From contig CACYSA010000003.1 in the NCBI GenBank assembly GCA_902777015.1, positions 13,471-77,470 of the forward strand: a stretch of DNA of 64,000 nucleotides, given 5' to 3'. Shown here one piece after another: positions 50,087-60,218 of the stretch. Positions within the stretch are counted from its first letter, which is position 1; every line of letters starts with the position of its first letter. Source of the stretch: an uncultured Erysipelotrichaceae bacterium (lineage in GTDB: Bacteria; Bacillota_I; Bacilli_A; RFN20; CAG-826). Position numbers and translations under genes: made by a program. The notes under the pieces are model-generated. The model ran no database searches. It worked only from the letters and a program-made list of their open reading frames with translations, and had not been told where the DNA came from.

Positions 50087-51166
50087 TTACTTATTTAGAT
50101 AGTATTTGAAGCAGTCTGCGGTGAATCTATTGTCCACCATTTTGTCCTTGCTAATGAGGAAATCTCTGTTCGCATTAAGCACTGTGATGAACCCTTTTTC
50201 GAAGTCTTCATACATCGCGTTTATGAGGCTACTTGAGTCGTATGGACGGGTTGGTTCAATCTTATCAGAGACGAAAACGAGCTTTTCAAGCCACCCCATT
50301 TTCTTTCTTCCTGTTGTGTGATACTTAATCGCATCTAATATTTCATCATCATGAACGCCAAAAGTGTCTCTTGCCACCATCGCTCCTAAAAATTGATGAT
50401 AAGCATAAGCTCCGATATCAAGATATCCAGGATAAAATTCCTTCATTAATCTTAAAGATTCTTCATCGTTGATCCCTTTAGCGATGTCATGAAGAATACC
50501 AGCGACATAAGCCTTAGAAAAATTTAATCCATGATGCTTAGCGAGTTCATAAGCGGTATGGGCAACAGATTTAGAATGTCTGAAGCGGCTTTCTTTAAGC
50601 ATTGGTTTAATCTTCTTGATGAAATATAATTCGTTATCTTCGATATATTTAATGACGTCTTCTTGTAAATATGCACTTCTAAGTTCTCTAATATCACTAG
50701 AGGAAACATCCATTATCGGACCCGAAACCGCAATCATATGGTATTTATCCACGTTGACTTCATTAAGCTCGTATTTTGGCCTTTCATAATAGATTATTTG
50801 GGTGTTTTTAGCGATTTCTTTTGGCTTTGCCCATTCATGGAAGGCATTGACTTGGTCTTGACCAATTAAAAAATACAATTGATCGTTTGGATATTTCTTT
50901 TGGAAATAGGCCACTGTTTGATAACTGCGAGGTTGTTCTTCTTGGTCGAGTTCAAAAGTATCGACACTGAAATTAGGGAAATCTTTAATCGCTAACTGGA
51001 CCATCGCTAATTTGTGGTCTTGATTAATTGATGAACTTTTCCAAATGGCGACTTTCGCGGGAACGAAAATGACTTCACCACCATATTTCTTCTGCGCCAT
51101 CAAGGCCATGTTAATATGTCCAAGGTGAATTGGATCGAAACCACCACCGAAAATAATCTTATTCAT
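50087..51166 (-). CDS. nadD: fusion of nicotinate-nucleotide adenylyltransferase (NadD) and an HD-domain YqeK phosphohydrolase
   Basis: N-terminal half has GGGFDPIHLGH and a SSSDIR-type motif. C-terminal half has HSKSVAHTA and GILHDIAK, the HD signature of YqeK. 359 aa. Confidence 0.85.
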   Translation of the reverse strand: MNKIIFGGGFDPIHLGHINMALMAQKKYGGEVIFVPAKVAIWKSSSINQDHKLAMVQLAIKDFPNFSVDTFELDQEEQPRSYQTVAYFQKKYPNDQLYFLIGQDQVNAFHEWAKPKEIAKNTQIIYYERPKYELNEVNVDKYHMIAVSGPIMDVSSSDIRELRSAYLQEDVIKYIEDNELYFIKKIKPMLKESRFRHSKSVAHTAYELAKHHGLNFSKAYVAGILHDIAKGINDEESLRLMKEFYPGYLDIGAYAYHQFLGAMVARDTFGVHDDEILDAIKYHTTGRKKMGWLEKLVFVSDKIEPTRPYDSSSLINAMYEDFEKGFITVLNANRDFLISKDKMVDNRFTADCFKYYLNK

Positions 51167-51453
51167 TAAATCTTAATCTTTGGATTCTCTTTATTCCTAC
51201 GGAATAATATAATAACTCTACCCATCACATGGACGAGTTCAGCGTTTAATTTATTAGAAATATCAATCGCTACTTCCATCACTGGTAAGGTGCAGCCTTT
51301 CATGACATCAATTTTAATTAATTCATGAGCGGTAAGCGCTTTATCGAGCATGCTTAAAAGAGTTTCTGAAATATCATTTTTACCAATTTGGTAACGGATA
51401 GTTAATGTTGAGGCTAACGCTTTTAAATCGCGTTTTTGTTTTGGTGTTAACAT
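51166..51453 (-). CDS. yhbY: ribosome-assembly RNA-binding protein YhbY (CRM domain)
   Basis: 95 aa. LTPKQKRDLKALA...IGKNDISE..L..AL..HELIKI pattern. Confidence 0.85.
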   Translation of the reverse strand: MLTPKQKRDLKALASTLTIRYQIGKNDISETLLSMLDKALTAHELIKIDVMKGCTLPVMEVAIDISNKLNAELVHVMGRVIILFRRNKENPKIKI

Positions 51454-51454
51454 A

Positions 51455-52606
51455 TTATCTAATCTTCGCTAAGCTTTCTTTTAATGCGATGCCTTTTGGT
51501 AAGCGGACACGAATCATTTGACCTTGGGCGATAAATGATAACCAGCCTAAGCCTTCGATTGAGATATCGTGCCATTTCTTATCGTTTTCCATATCGAATT
51601 CAAACATATCGTAATCTAAGAAGCTAATTAATCTTTCAGAAACTGGTCTCACACTACGACGGATGTTATTTTCGTTGATGAAATCATCGAGTTTCTTATT
51701 TTGGACTTTCTTTGTTTCCACTGCTTCTGCGCAGTAGAAACGATAATTAGCTGCTTTGCCTTTGATAATCTCAAAAGCGGCTAATGAACCGACGACAAGA
51801 GCTTCGCCAGCATTTAATAAACGATTGACGATTTTGACATCTTTCTTAGGAGTGATTAGTTTAACAACTTCTTTTTCTAATCTTCCTTGCGCGGATGTTG
51901 TTTGAGAAATACCTGGTAATTCATAGAAGAATGAAGAACGAGATAATGGAATTTCTAAAACACTGACGCTTGTGCCTGGATAAGTAACTGTCTTAATTTG
52001 ACGGTTGGTCTTATTTTCATAGCCTTTCATCGCTTTGTTGATAAGTGATGTCTTACCAGAAGTAAGATTACCAATCATATAAACGTCATGGCCTTGTCTA
52101 GCCACGTTCATAGCGTTAATTAATTCTTTAGGATCAAATTTATTAGTATTAGCAGTGCTTGTGCTAACTAGCCTAATGGTATTTGGTTTAATGCCATAAG
52201 CTTGGAATCTTTCTCTTAAGTAATTGATTAAAGAATCGTCTTTAACACTGGATGGGAATAAGTCCCTCTTAGTACCTAAGACTGTTAAGCTTAGTTTCTT
52301 AACTTTATCAGCGATTTCTTTATTTAACGTGCCGTTAAATGAGAACAAATCAACGACCCAGATGATGTATGCGTCTGTGGCAAAAGCATCATCAAGTATT
52401 TTTAATACTTCTTGATCAACTTTTTGTTCAAGTTCACTATTGTTAAATGCTTTCATTGTTTCAAAGCACTTATCGCAATAGATAATTTGAATTGGTGTTG
52501 CGCGGTGTAATGATTCAGGAAGGATATAACCTTTCTCATTTTCATCTTCACATTGTAAGATCGCACCACAGTGATAGCAACGAAGCACTCTACTTAGCTT
52601 GCCCAT
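51455..52606 (-). CDS. yqeH: ribosome-biogenesis GTPase YqeH
   Basis: N-terminal zinc motif (CYHCGA..C..CDKC) and circularly permuted GTPase motifs (GTKRD then GNLTSGKTS). 383 aa. Confidence 0.85.
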   Translation of the reverse strand: MGKLSRVLRCYHCGAILQCEDENEKGYILPESLHRATPIQIIYCDKCFETMKAFNNSELEQKVDQEVLKILDDAFATDAYIIWVVDLFSFNGTLNKEIADKVKKLSLTVLGTKRDLFPSSVKDDSLINYLRERFQAYGIKPNTIRLVSTSTANTNKFDPKELINAMNVARQGHDVYMIGNLTSGKTSLINKAMKGYENKTNRQIKTVTYPGTSVSVLEIPLSRSSFFYELPGISQTTSAQGRLEKEVVKLITPKKDVKIVNRLLNAGEALVVGSLAAFEIIKGKAANYRFYCAEAVETKKVQNKKLDDFINENNIRRSVRPVSERLISFLDYDMFEFDMENDKKWHDISIEGLGWLSFIAQGQMIRVRLPKGIALKESLAKIR

Positions 52607-53126
52607 ATTTTGTTCTCCAATCCGGCAATTTGCCTTTTTTCTTTAGATGTTTTCTAATCGGTCTATCAAATAGACGATTGATGTGTGTTGTCCATTGATC
52701 TTCTTTGACAATCTTTTCCGTTAATATGACGCGTATATGTGCGCCTTTAGCGGCAAGAACGTCTGTAATCATTTGATCCCCGACGAGCATCGTTTCTTCT
52801 GGAGTGTAATTATTTTCCTTAAGGAATTTCTTAATCTTTCCAGAAAATGGTTTTCTTGCGGAATTGATGCAAGGCAAGCCGATGTTATTAGCGTATGTCT
52901 TCACGCGCTTACCGCGATTATTAGAAACGATGACAACTTTAAGTCCTGTCTCTAATAAAGCTTTCACAAGATCAACTGCTCTTTGGGTTGGGACATTTAA
53001 GCGATAACTGTCCAAGGTATTATCTAAATCCACTAGAAGTAGATTTACACCCTGACCTTTATAGAAATCAACGGGGATTTCGTATATCGATGTAGCGTGA
53101 GCAAATGGGATGAATTTCTTGAACAT
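52590..53126 (-). CDS. yqeG: YqeG-family HAD phosphatase
   Basis: HAD motif I LLVDLDNTLD and motif IV GDQMITD. First gene of the yqeG-yqeH-yhbY-nadD block. Confidence 0.8.
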   Translation of the reverse strand: MFKKFIPFAHATSIYEIPVDFYKGQGVNLLLVDLDNTLDSYRLNVPTQRAVDLVKALLETGLKVVIVSNNRGKRVKTYANNIGLPCINSARKPFSGKIKKFLKENNYTPEETMLVGDQMITDVLAAKGAHIRVILTEKIVKEDQWTTHINRLFDRPIRKHLKKKGKLPDWRTKYGQAK

Positions 53127-53315
53127 ATTTATCTAAATAAATAATACCTTAAAAGTGCCCTAATATGTGAGTAATAATTTATCTTTCTACTAAACTATAA
53201 GCAAATTAGCCGAAGAAAAAGGCGCTCATTTTGAATGCCTTATACATTTTTAAGTTATGATATATAACTTTGTTATATGTTTTACTAATTATTTACTAAT
53301 ATCTTACTAGTATTT

Positions 53316-55952
53316 TTAATCATCCAAATCATCGAAAATGGAGATTTGTTCAAAGCCTTCTTTGGCTTTTTCCTCTTCAACAGGGGCTTTTTCTTCTGCT
53401 TCATCGGTGTCGGAAACATCTTCTGCGGATAGTTCTTCAGGATCTTTTTCTTTGACCACGATTGGATGAGAAACAGTCTTTTTATTAATGATTTCAATCT
53501 CTGTATCGATGACATTATCGATTTCCGCTTTAGCAGGAATCTCAATATTCTTTTTCGCATATTTGGCTAAATCAGAGAGATAGAATTCGTTTAAATCAAA
53601 GGTGAAATATTCGTTTGTGGTTAAGAAGAGATTTATTTTTAATAAATCTGCTTTGGTGTTGAGCTTAAAAGCGCTGACCACACGATGGATATCACTCTTA
53701 AAGCATGGCATCACTTGTGTCACTCTTCCTAAACGTTGTGTGAGATTGACGTGAGCGTTATCAAAGATACGATAATGGCCTTTATCGGTAAATAAGATGA
53801 CTTTGTTCTTTTCTTCTTCGTCAAAGGCGATTAACGCTACTGCGTTATTCTTACCTAAACTACCGATAGATTTCACACCACCAGCTTTGCTAGAAAGGAC
53901 TGTTAATTCGTTTTCATTGAAGTATGAAACGTTACCATTACTTGTTAAAACAAGTAAATTGCTGTTACCGGTCAGTACTTCTACACTCACTACTTCATCC
54001 CCGTTTAATAAGCGCATATTACGTGTTGGGCGGGAGCGTTTTCCTTGTTCTATATTATTTAAAGGCATACGTTTGATTTGGCCAAATTTTGTCAAAATAC
54101 CTAAATAAATGTCATCTCTAAAGTCACTAACGGCGATACCTTTAATGATCTTTTCACCAGAATTAAGGGTGGAGAAAGCATTTAAATGGCTGCCTTCATC
54201 TTTCCATCTATTTTCTGTCATTTTGTGAACAGGAACGCAGATATAATTGCCCTGATTTGTAAAACAAATCAAATAGTCAGTTGTATTAACTAAACCTTGA
54301 GCGACAAGTTCATCTCCATCTTTAAGACCAGGAAGAGGATTATCGCCACTACTACGATATGATTTAATTGTGGATCTCTTTAAATAACCATCACGAGTTA
54401 AGGCAATCATCACATCGTCTTTAGCGATTAATTCACGCTTATCAATTGGGGCGATTTCTTCTTTTTCTTGGATAATTGTACGTCTATCATCCCCATATTT
54501 ATCAGCGATAGCCTTAAGTTCTCTCACTAAAACTCTATTGAGTTTATTTTCATCTTCTAAGATACCTTTTAAGATTTCGATATCTTTTAAAAGTTGGACT
54601 TTTTCGTTTTCTAAAGTGACCTCATCAGTGTGAGATAACTTATATAATGGCATGGTAACGATTGCTTCTGCTTGTTCGTTTGAAAAGCCATATCTATTCA
54701 TTAAGTTAACTTTAGAATCCGCTTTATCTTTACTGCGTTTGATGATTTCCACGACTTCATTAATGTTTAAAGAAGCTTGGATTAAACCTTCAACAATATG
54801 TAATCTTGCTTGATATTTATCTAGGTCAAATCTAGATTTTCTTGTCACAACATCCACTTGGTGAGCAATATAAGCATCAACATAAGTTAAGAGATTTAAA
54901 GTCTTAGGACGACCATTAACGATTGCCACCATGTTAGTGCTATAACTGGAGACTAAACCAGTTTTGTTATTTAAGTATTGTAAGAGCAATTCAACTTTCG
55001 CGTCTTTTTTACAATCAATAACGATTCTGATACCTTTCCAGTCAGATTCATCACGGACTTCTAAAAGGCCATCTACGGCTTTAGAATGGATGATTTTATC
55101 GATTTCGAACACTAATTGGTTCTTTTGCGTTTTGTATGGGATTTCAGTAATAACAATTTGTTGATTGTCCTTATTTTGGACAATTTCTTCTTTAGAGGCA
55201 ATCTCAATACGACCTCTACCAGTTAAATAAATGCTCTTTAATCCTTCACTTTCGTAAATGATACCACCACCTGGGAAGTCAGGGCCTAAAACAAACTGCA
55301 TTAAGTCTTCTACTGTCGCAGTTTTATGACCAATGCGGTAAATAACCGCATCAATGATTTCTCTAAGGTTATGAGGTGGGATTTCTGTGGCCATACCAAC
55401 AGCGATACCTTCAGTACCATTAGCGAATAAGTTAGGGAATCTAGCAGGTAAGATTGTTGGTTCGAATTCTGTATCATCGAAGTTCAACTGCATATCAACA
55501 GTCTTTTTATCAATTTCTCTGACCAATTCATTAGAAATTTCACTTAATCTTGATTCGGTATAACGATAAGCCGCTGGTGAGTCACCATCGATAGAACCGT
55601 TATTTCCTTGGAAGTCAATTAATGGATATCTAATCTTCCAATCTTGGCTCATTCTCGCTAAAGCTTCATAGATTGATGTATCACCATGTGGGTGGAAAGT
55701 ACCCATAACCGCACCAACGGTATGAGCGCATTTTCTTGTTGGCTTATTAAAGACGTTATTGTTTTTAAACATTGTGAAAATGATACGTCTTTGAACTGGC
55801 TTTAAGCCATCTCTAACATCAGGAATTGCTCTATCTTGAATGACGTATTTAGCGTATGTTGCGTAGCGGTCACCCATTACTTCTTCCATCGATTGAATGG
55901 AGATATTTTCAACGTAATTTTCTTCGACTAAGTCAATCTTTTTTCTAGCCAT
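53316..55952 (-). CDS. parC: DNA topoisomerase IV subunit A
   Basis: RAIPDVRDGLKPVQRRI, catalytic-Tyr region AAYRYTESRL, and an acidic C-terminal tail. Immediately downstream of parE. Confidence 0.9.
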   Translation of the reverse strand: MARKKIDLVEENYVENISIQSMEEVMGDRYATYAKYVIQDRAIPDVRDGLKPVQRRIIFTMFKNNNVFNKPTRKCAHTVGAVMGTFHPHGDTSIYEALARMSQDWKIRYPLIDFQGNNGSIDGDSPAAYRYTESRLSEISNELVREIDKKTVDMQLNFDDTEFEPTILPARFPNLFANGTEGIAVGMATEIPPHNLREIIDAVIYRIGHKTATVEDLMQFVLGPDFPGGGIIYESEGLKSIYLTGRGRIEIASKEEIVQNKDNQQIVITEIPYKTQKNQLVFEIDKIIHSKAVDGLLEVRDESDWKGIRIVIDCKKDAKVELLLQYLNNKTGLVSSYSTNMVAIVNGRPKTLNLLTYVDAYIAHQVDVVTRKSRFDLDKYQARLHIVEGLIQASLNINEVVEIIKRSKDKADSKVNLMNRYGFSNEQAEAIVTMPLYKLSHTDEVTLENEKVQLLKDIEILKGILEDENKLNRVLVRELKAIADKYGDDRRTIIQEKEEIAPIDKRELIAKDDVMIALTRDGYLKRSTIKSYRSSGDNPLPGLKDGDELVAQGLVNTTDYLICFTNQGNYICVPVHKMTENRWKDEGSHLNAFSTLNSGEKIIKGIAVSDFRDDIYLGILTKFGQIKRMPLNNIEQGKRSRPTRNMRLLNGDEVVSVEVLTGNSNLLVLTSNGNVSYFNENELTVLSSKAGGVKSIGSLGKNNAVALIAFDEEEKNKVILFTDKGHYRIFDNAHVNLTQRLGRVTQVMPCFKSDIHRVVSAFKLNTKADLLKINLFLTTNEYFTFDLNEFYLSDLAKYAKKNIEIPAKAEIDNVIDTEIEIINKKTVSHPIVVKEKDPEELSAEDVSDTDEAEEKAPVEEEKAKEGFEQISIFDDLDD

Positions 55953-55955
55953 AAA

Positions 55956-57855
55956 TTACTTGACCTCCTTGATGAAAGTATCGATCTTGTTAAAGTCGAC
56001 ATTTTCTTCAACCCATTCTCTTCTGATACCAGCGTCACGTCCCATTAAGACATTAACGCGCTTTTCAGCGAGAATTGGATCATCGATTTCCACTTGTAAC
56101 AATAATCTAGTTCTTGGATCCATTGTTGTTTCTTTTAATTGGATAGCGTCCATTTCACCAAGACCTTTGTAACGGGAGACTTTATAGCCACCACCGACAA
56201 TTTTCTTTGCTTTTTCTAATCCTTCATCATCCCAAGCGTATTCTTGAACGACTTTTTTGCCATCTTCCTTATAAACACGATACAAAGGAGGAACCGCAAT
56301 AAAGATGTGACCAGATGTGATTAATTGACGCATATAATGGTAGAAAAACGTTAATAATAACGTTTGAATATGCGCACCATCGGTATCAGCATCGGTCATG
56401 ATGATGATTTTACCGTATTTTATATCTTCAATATCGAAGCTTTGTCCAAAGCCCGCACCAATGGTAAGAAATTGAGTCTGTATTTAATGGTTTACCTCTA
56501 AGAGGTAAGATGGCTTGATGTAGTCTATCTCTACCTTTCTTAGCGGTACCACCAGCGGAATCACCTTCAACGATAAAAAGCTCGTTTTTAGCGTAGTCTT
56601 TAGACTGCGCTGGGGTCAATTTGTCACTTAAAATGACCTCTTGTTTAGGTTTTTTGTTACTTCTAGCCTCTTCTTTGGCCTTTCTTGCGGCTAATCTAGC
56701 GGTTTGAGAAGCAACACATTTATTGATCAAATTAATTGCGAACTCTTTGTTTTCGAGTAAGTAATAAGTAAACTTATTAAAGATGAAATTAGAGACGACA
56801 GAAACCGCTTGTGGAGTGCCTAATTTACCTTTTGTTTGGCCTTCAAATTCCAGTAAAGTTTCTGGGATTTTTAAAGAAACAACCGCGGTTAAACCTTCTC
56901 TTATATCACTGCCTTCAAGCTTTTTACCTTTGGTAAGTTTATAAGTTTCTGCGAAATCGTTAACGGCTTTAGTAATACCCGCTCTAAAACCAGTTTCATG
57001 AGTACCACCGTCTCTTGTTCTTACGTTATTAACGTAAGAGAAAATTGTTTCATTATAGTCTTCATTGCAATATTGAAGAGCGATTTCGATATCAATTTGT
57101 GTTTCGCTATCGGTATCAGAGAAACTGATGACATCACTTAATGGATTCTTGTTGCTATTGACGTTATGGATGTATTCAACTAAGCCGTTTTCATATAAAA
57201 AGCTTTGACTTTGTCCTGTTTTTTCATCACTTAAGACAAATTCAACACCCTTCATTAAGAAGGCGCTTTCTTGTAAGTGAGATGAGATAATATCCCATTT
57301 GAATTCCACTGTGGAGAAGATAGAAGCATCTGGCTTGAATCTCACATATGTACCATGTTTCTTACACGTACCAACGATTTCTAAAGGTGTGACAAGTTGA
57401 CCACCATTTTCGAATTTCAAATGGTAGATATTGCCGTTTTGATAGACATTTATGTCTATCCATTCACTTAAAGCGTTAGTGACAGAAGCACCAACGCCGT
57501 GTAAACCAGCAGCACTTTTATAAACAGCATTATTAAATTTGCCACCAGCGTGAAGCTCAGTAAAAACGACTTCGACCGCAGGTCGACCTGTCTCTTTATT
57601 AATACCAACTGGAATACCACGACCTTCATCTAAAACAGATATGGAACCATCTTTATGCATGGTAACAATGATCTTTTTACCATATCCTGATAAAGCTTCA
57701 TCGACTGCATTATCAACTACTTCCCACACTAAATGATGTAAACCAGCACTGTTTGTGGAGCCGATATACATAGCAGGTCTTTTTCTGACGCCTTCGAGGC
57801 CCTTCATGACATGAATATCATCGGCCGTATATGTTGTTTTTTTGATATCTGACAC
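55956..57855 (-). pseudogene. parE: DNA topoisomerase IV subunit B gene, frameshifted (about 44 nt missing in the Toprim domain)
   Basis: The upstream ORF carries the ATPase and transducer domains and EGDSAGG..LPLRGKPLN, then runs into a stop at 56428. The continuation IQTQFLTIGAGFGQSFDIEDIKYGKIIIMTDADTDGAHIQTLLLTFFY is in another frame that opens at 56483. The junction is at about 56481-56484. Confidence 0.85.
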
Positions 57856-57952
57856 TATATTTACCCTTTGCAAGACTTAATTATATACAAATTAAGTTGC
57901 AAATATAAAGCATTTTAGTAGAATAAATAAGTACGATTAGGAGTTAAAAAAT

Positions 57953-58738
57953 ATGAATATATTTGTAAATATATTGGTTCCCTTCATTTGTTTAGCAATC
58001 GGTTACCTAATGGGTAGCGCGAATATCTCTATTCCATTAGGAAAATTAAAATTTAAGCAAGATCCTCGTGAATATGGTTCTCATAATCCAGGCGCCACTA
58101 ACTGTGGACGTTTATGGGGAAAGAAATATTTCCTCATTGTCTTCTTCTTTGATGTTTTTAAAACCATTTCACCTTTATATATTTGTTGGGCTATTCTCAC
58201 TTTTGTGCCATTTAACGGTCAACCATTACTTCCAACAGCTCAAGAGATGTATCGCGGTCTTCATACTGACTATTTAATTCAATGGCCAGTTTATTGGATG
58301 GCGGCGTTAGGCTCAATGTTTGGTGGTATTTTCCCATGTTTCATTGGTTTTAAAGGTGGTAAAGCTGCCTCCTGTATGGTGGGAATTACCTTGACATCAT
58401 CTTGGCTTTTTGGTGTTATCGGTGCCCTTTCTTACTTCACAGTTTTAAAGAAATCTAAATATGTATCCTTATCTTCCATTATCACTTCTTGGATTAACGC
58501 TACAGTGACTTGGGTATGGGCAATTCTTCTCTTATTAAAAGTCTTCCCAGGAGATCAATATTGGATGTTCTTTATTAACTGGGGACCAATGCTTTACCTC
58601 AATTATGTCTACGCAATTTTAATGACTGTCATCGCTGTTATTTTGACCATCAGACACCGCACAAATATTGGCAGAATCAAGGACGGAACTGAAAGAAAAG
58701 TCACTTGGGTTGATGGTAAAAAGGCAGTAAAAGATTAG
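57953..58738 (+). CDS. plsY: glycerol-3-phosphate acyltransferase PlsY (long form)
   Basis: GSHNPGATN, FKGGKA, and C-terminal HRTNIGRIKDGTE. 261 aa, about 60 aa longer than typical PlsY. Confidence 0.85.
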   Translation: MNIFVNILVPFICLAIGYLMGSANISIPLGKLKFKQDPREYGSHNPGATNCGRLWGKKYFLIVFFFDVFKTISPLYICWAILTFVPFNGQPLLPTAQEMYRGLHTDYLIQWPVYWMAALGSMFGGIFPCFIGFKGGKAASCMVGITLTSSWLFGVIGALSYFTVLKKSKYVSLSSIITSWINATVTWVWAILLLLKVFPGDQYWMFFINWGPMLYLNYVYAILMTVIAVILTIRHRTNIGRIKDGTERKVTWVDGKKAVKD

Positions 58739-58766
58739 TAGTTTTAATAACTTTGTTATTATAGAT

Positions 58767-58794
58767 AAAAAGCACTCTTGACTGAGTGCTTTTA
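58767..58794. terminator. bidirectional Rho-independent terminator between convergent genes
   Basis: AAAA-AGCACTC-TTGACT-GAGTGCT-TTTT (stem 58771-58790). Confidence 0.65.
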
Positions 58795-58821
58795 TATTAC
58801 TTTAAAATGATGCCTTTATTA

Positions 58822-59280
58822 CTATGGAATCCAAAGGTGATATAAGAAGTAAACTATGCTAGTTTCTTGATAATAAATAAGGAACAAATTCTCTTCATAA
58901 TAATAGGAATAAGGAGCCTCTAAATCGAGCTGATATTGTTTATCAAAAGTGTAATAAACTCCTCCTAATTCCTCTTGTACGAATTTGTTTATTGCCGCTT
59001 CAAATTCACCACTCTTATCTCTTTTATCAAAGAAGTATTGATTAATGAATTGTTCTTTCTTATTTGAATTTGAGAAATCTAAAACATAATAGACAGGACC
59101 CGCTCTATCTTCAAAGCCAGTGATATTTGTATAAGAAAAGACAATATTCGCGGAGCTTAGATAATTGATTCCACTATGCTTCTCAACATCTTTTAATTTC
59201 TTTTGATCATTGTTCCCACAACTAAATAAAGAAAAAGATATAAGGAATAATATAGATGCCTTCTTTAGACTTTGTTTCAT
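58822..59280 (-). CDS. lipoprotein, unknown function
   Basis: MKQSLKKASILFLISFSLFSC signal peptide with lipobox. The internal ATG at 59280 is preferred over the track start at 59316. Confidence 0.55.
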   Translation of the reverse strand: MKQSLKKASILFLISFSLFSCGNNDQKKLKDVEKHSGINYLSSANIVFSYTNITGFEDRAGPVYYVLDFSNSNKKEQFINQYFFDKRDKSGEFEAAINKFVQEELGGVYYTFDKQYQLDLEAPYSYYYEENLFLIYYQETSIVYFLYHLWIP

Positions 59281-59334
59281 ATTGTTAAGATTAAAAGGAA
59301 ATAAAATGTCTTTCAAGATTAATTACGCTAGGCA

Positions 59335-59364
59335 ACAAAAAAGCGCTCTTAAGAGCGCATTTTG
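59335..59364 (-). terminator. Rho-independent terminator after the efp-yneF unit
   Basis: Perfect palindrome GCGCTCTTAAGAGCGC (59343-59358), followed on the minus strand by TTTTTT. Confidence 0.7.
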
Positions 59365-59375
59365 ATTTGTTTGAG

Positions 59376-59594
59376 TTATTTACCTGCGTTCATGTTTCTC
59401 ATGATTTCACGGATTTGTTTTTCACTTGGGGTTCTACCCATGCTTCTAAACATCGCACGAATCATTTTTTCATTCACAGGTGGATTTTCTCTTAATTGTT
59501 TTTGGAAGATGTAACGGGTAATAAAGAATCCCGCGATACCACCGACGATAATCATGCCGATAGCGAACAAAAGTATTTGCCACCACTCAGTCAT
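59376..59594 (-). CDS. UPF0154/YneF-family small membrane protein
   Basis: 72 aa. N-terminal TM helix followed by NPP..E..IR.M...MG..PSE..I..IM, typical of YneF. Confidence 0.7.
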   Translation of the reverse strand: MTEWWQILLFAIGMIIVGGIAGFFITRYIFQKQLRENPPVNEKMIRAMFRSMGRTPSEKQIREIMRNMNAGK

Positions 59595-59608
59595 AAATTA
59601 GACCTCTA

Positions 59609-60166
59609 TTAGGCTCTACCGTCGTATTCGCCGTTATCTGTACGGACTAAGACTTCTTCGCCTTCTTCGATGAATAATGGAACTCTGACCACTAAGCCTG
59701 TTTCTAATGTTGCTGGCTTTGTTGGTTTGTTGACTGTATCACCTCTGACACCTGGATCACATTGTGTAATCTTTAATGTGACTTTAGCAGGTAAGTTGAC
59801 ACCGAGGATTTCGCCTTCGTAGGAAGTAATTTCCACGACTTCATCACCTTTTAAGAATTGTTTTTCCCATTTTAAGCGTTCGACTGGGATTTCGACTTGT
59901 TCGTATGTTTCTTGATCCATGAAGACTAAGAAATCACCACTGTCATAGAGATATTGCATTTGTCTTTTGTCTAAACGGACGTTTTCAACCATGTAACCAG
60001 AGTTACGTGCTAATTCATTAATTGTGCCTGTACGAACATTTTTGACTTTGACTTTAGCAACCATCTTTCTCATCGCAGTTTTATTTAATAAGATATCTAA
60101 AACTTGGTATAAATTATTTTCATCGATGAAATAGTTGCCTGGTCTTAATTCTGTAACGTTAACCAT
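59609..60166 (-). CDS. efp: elongation factor P
   Basis: 185 aa. LRPGNYF, KVKVKNVRTG, GDTVNKPTKPATLETG. Confidence 0.95.
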   Translation of the reverse strand: MVNVTELRPGNYFIDENNLYQVLDILLNKTAMRKMVAKVKVKNVRTGTINELARNSGYMVENVRLDKRQMQYLYDSGDFLVFMDQETYEQVEIPVERLKWEKQFLKGDEVVEITSYEGEILGVNLPAKVTLKITQCDPGVRGDTVNKPTKPATLETGLVVRVPLFIEEGEEVLVRTDNGEYDGRA

Positions 60167-60218
60167 ATAATTTATGTTCCTTTCACTAAAATTCCTTGAA
60201 TATTATATCAAATATTCA

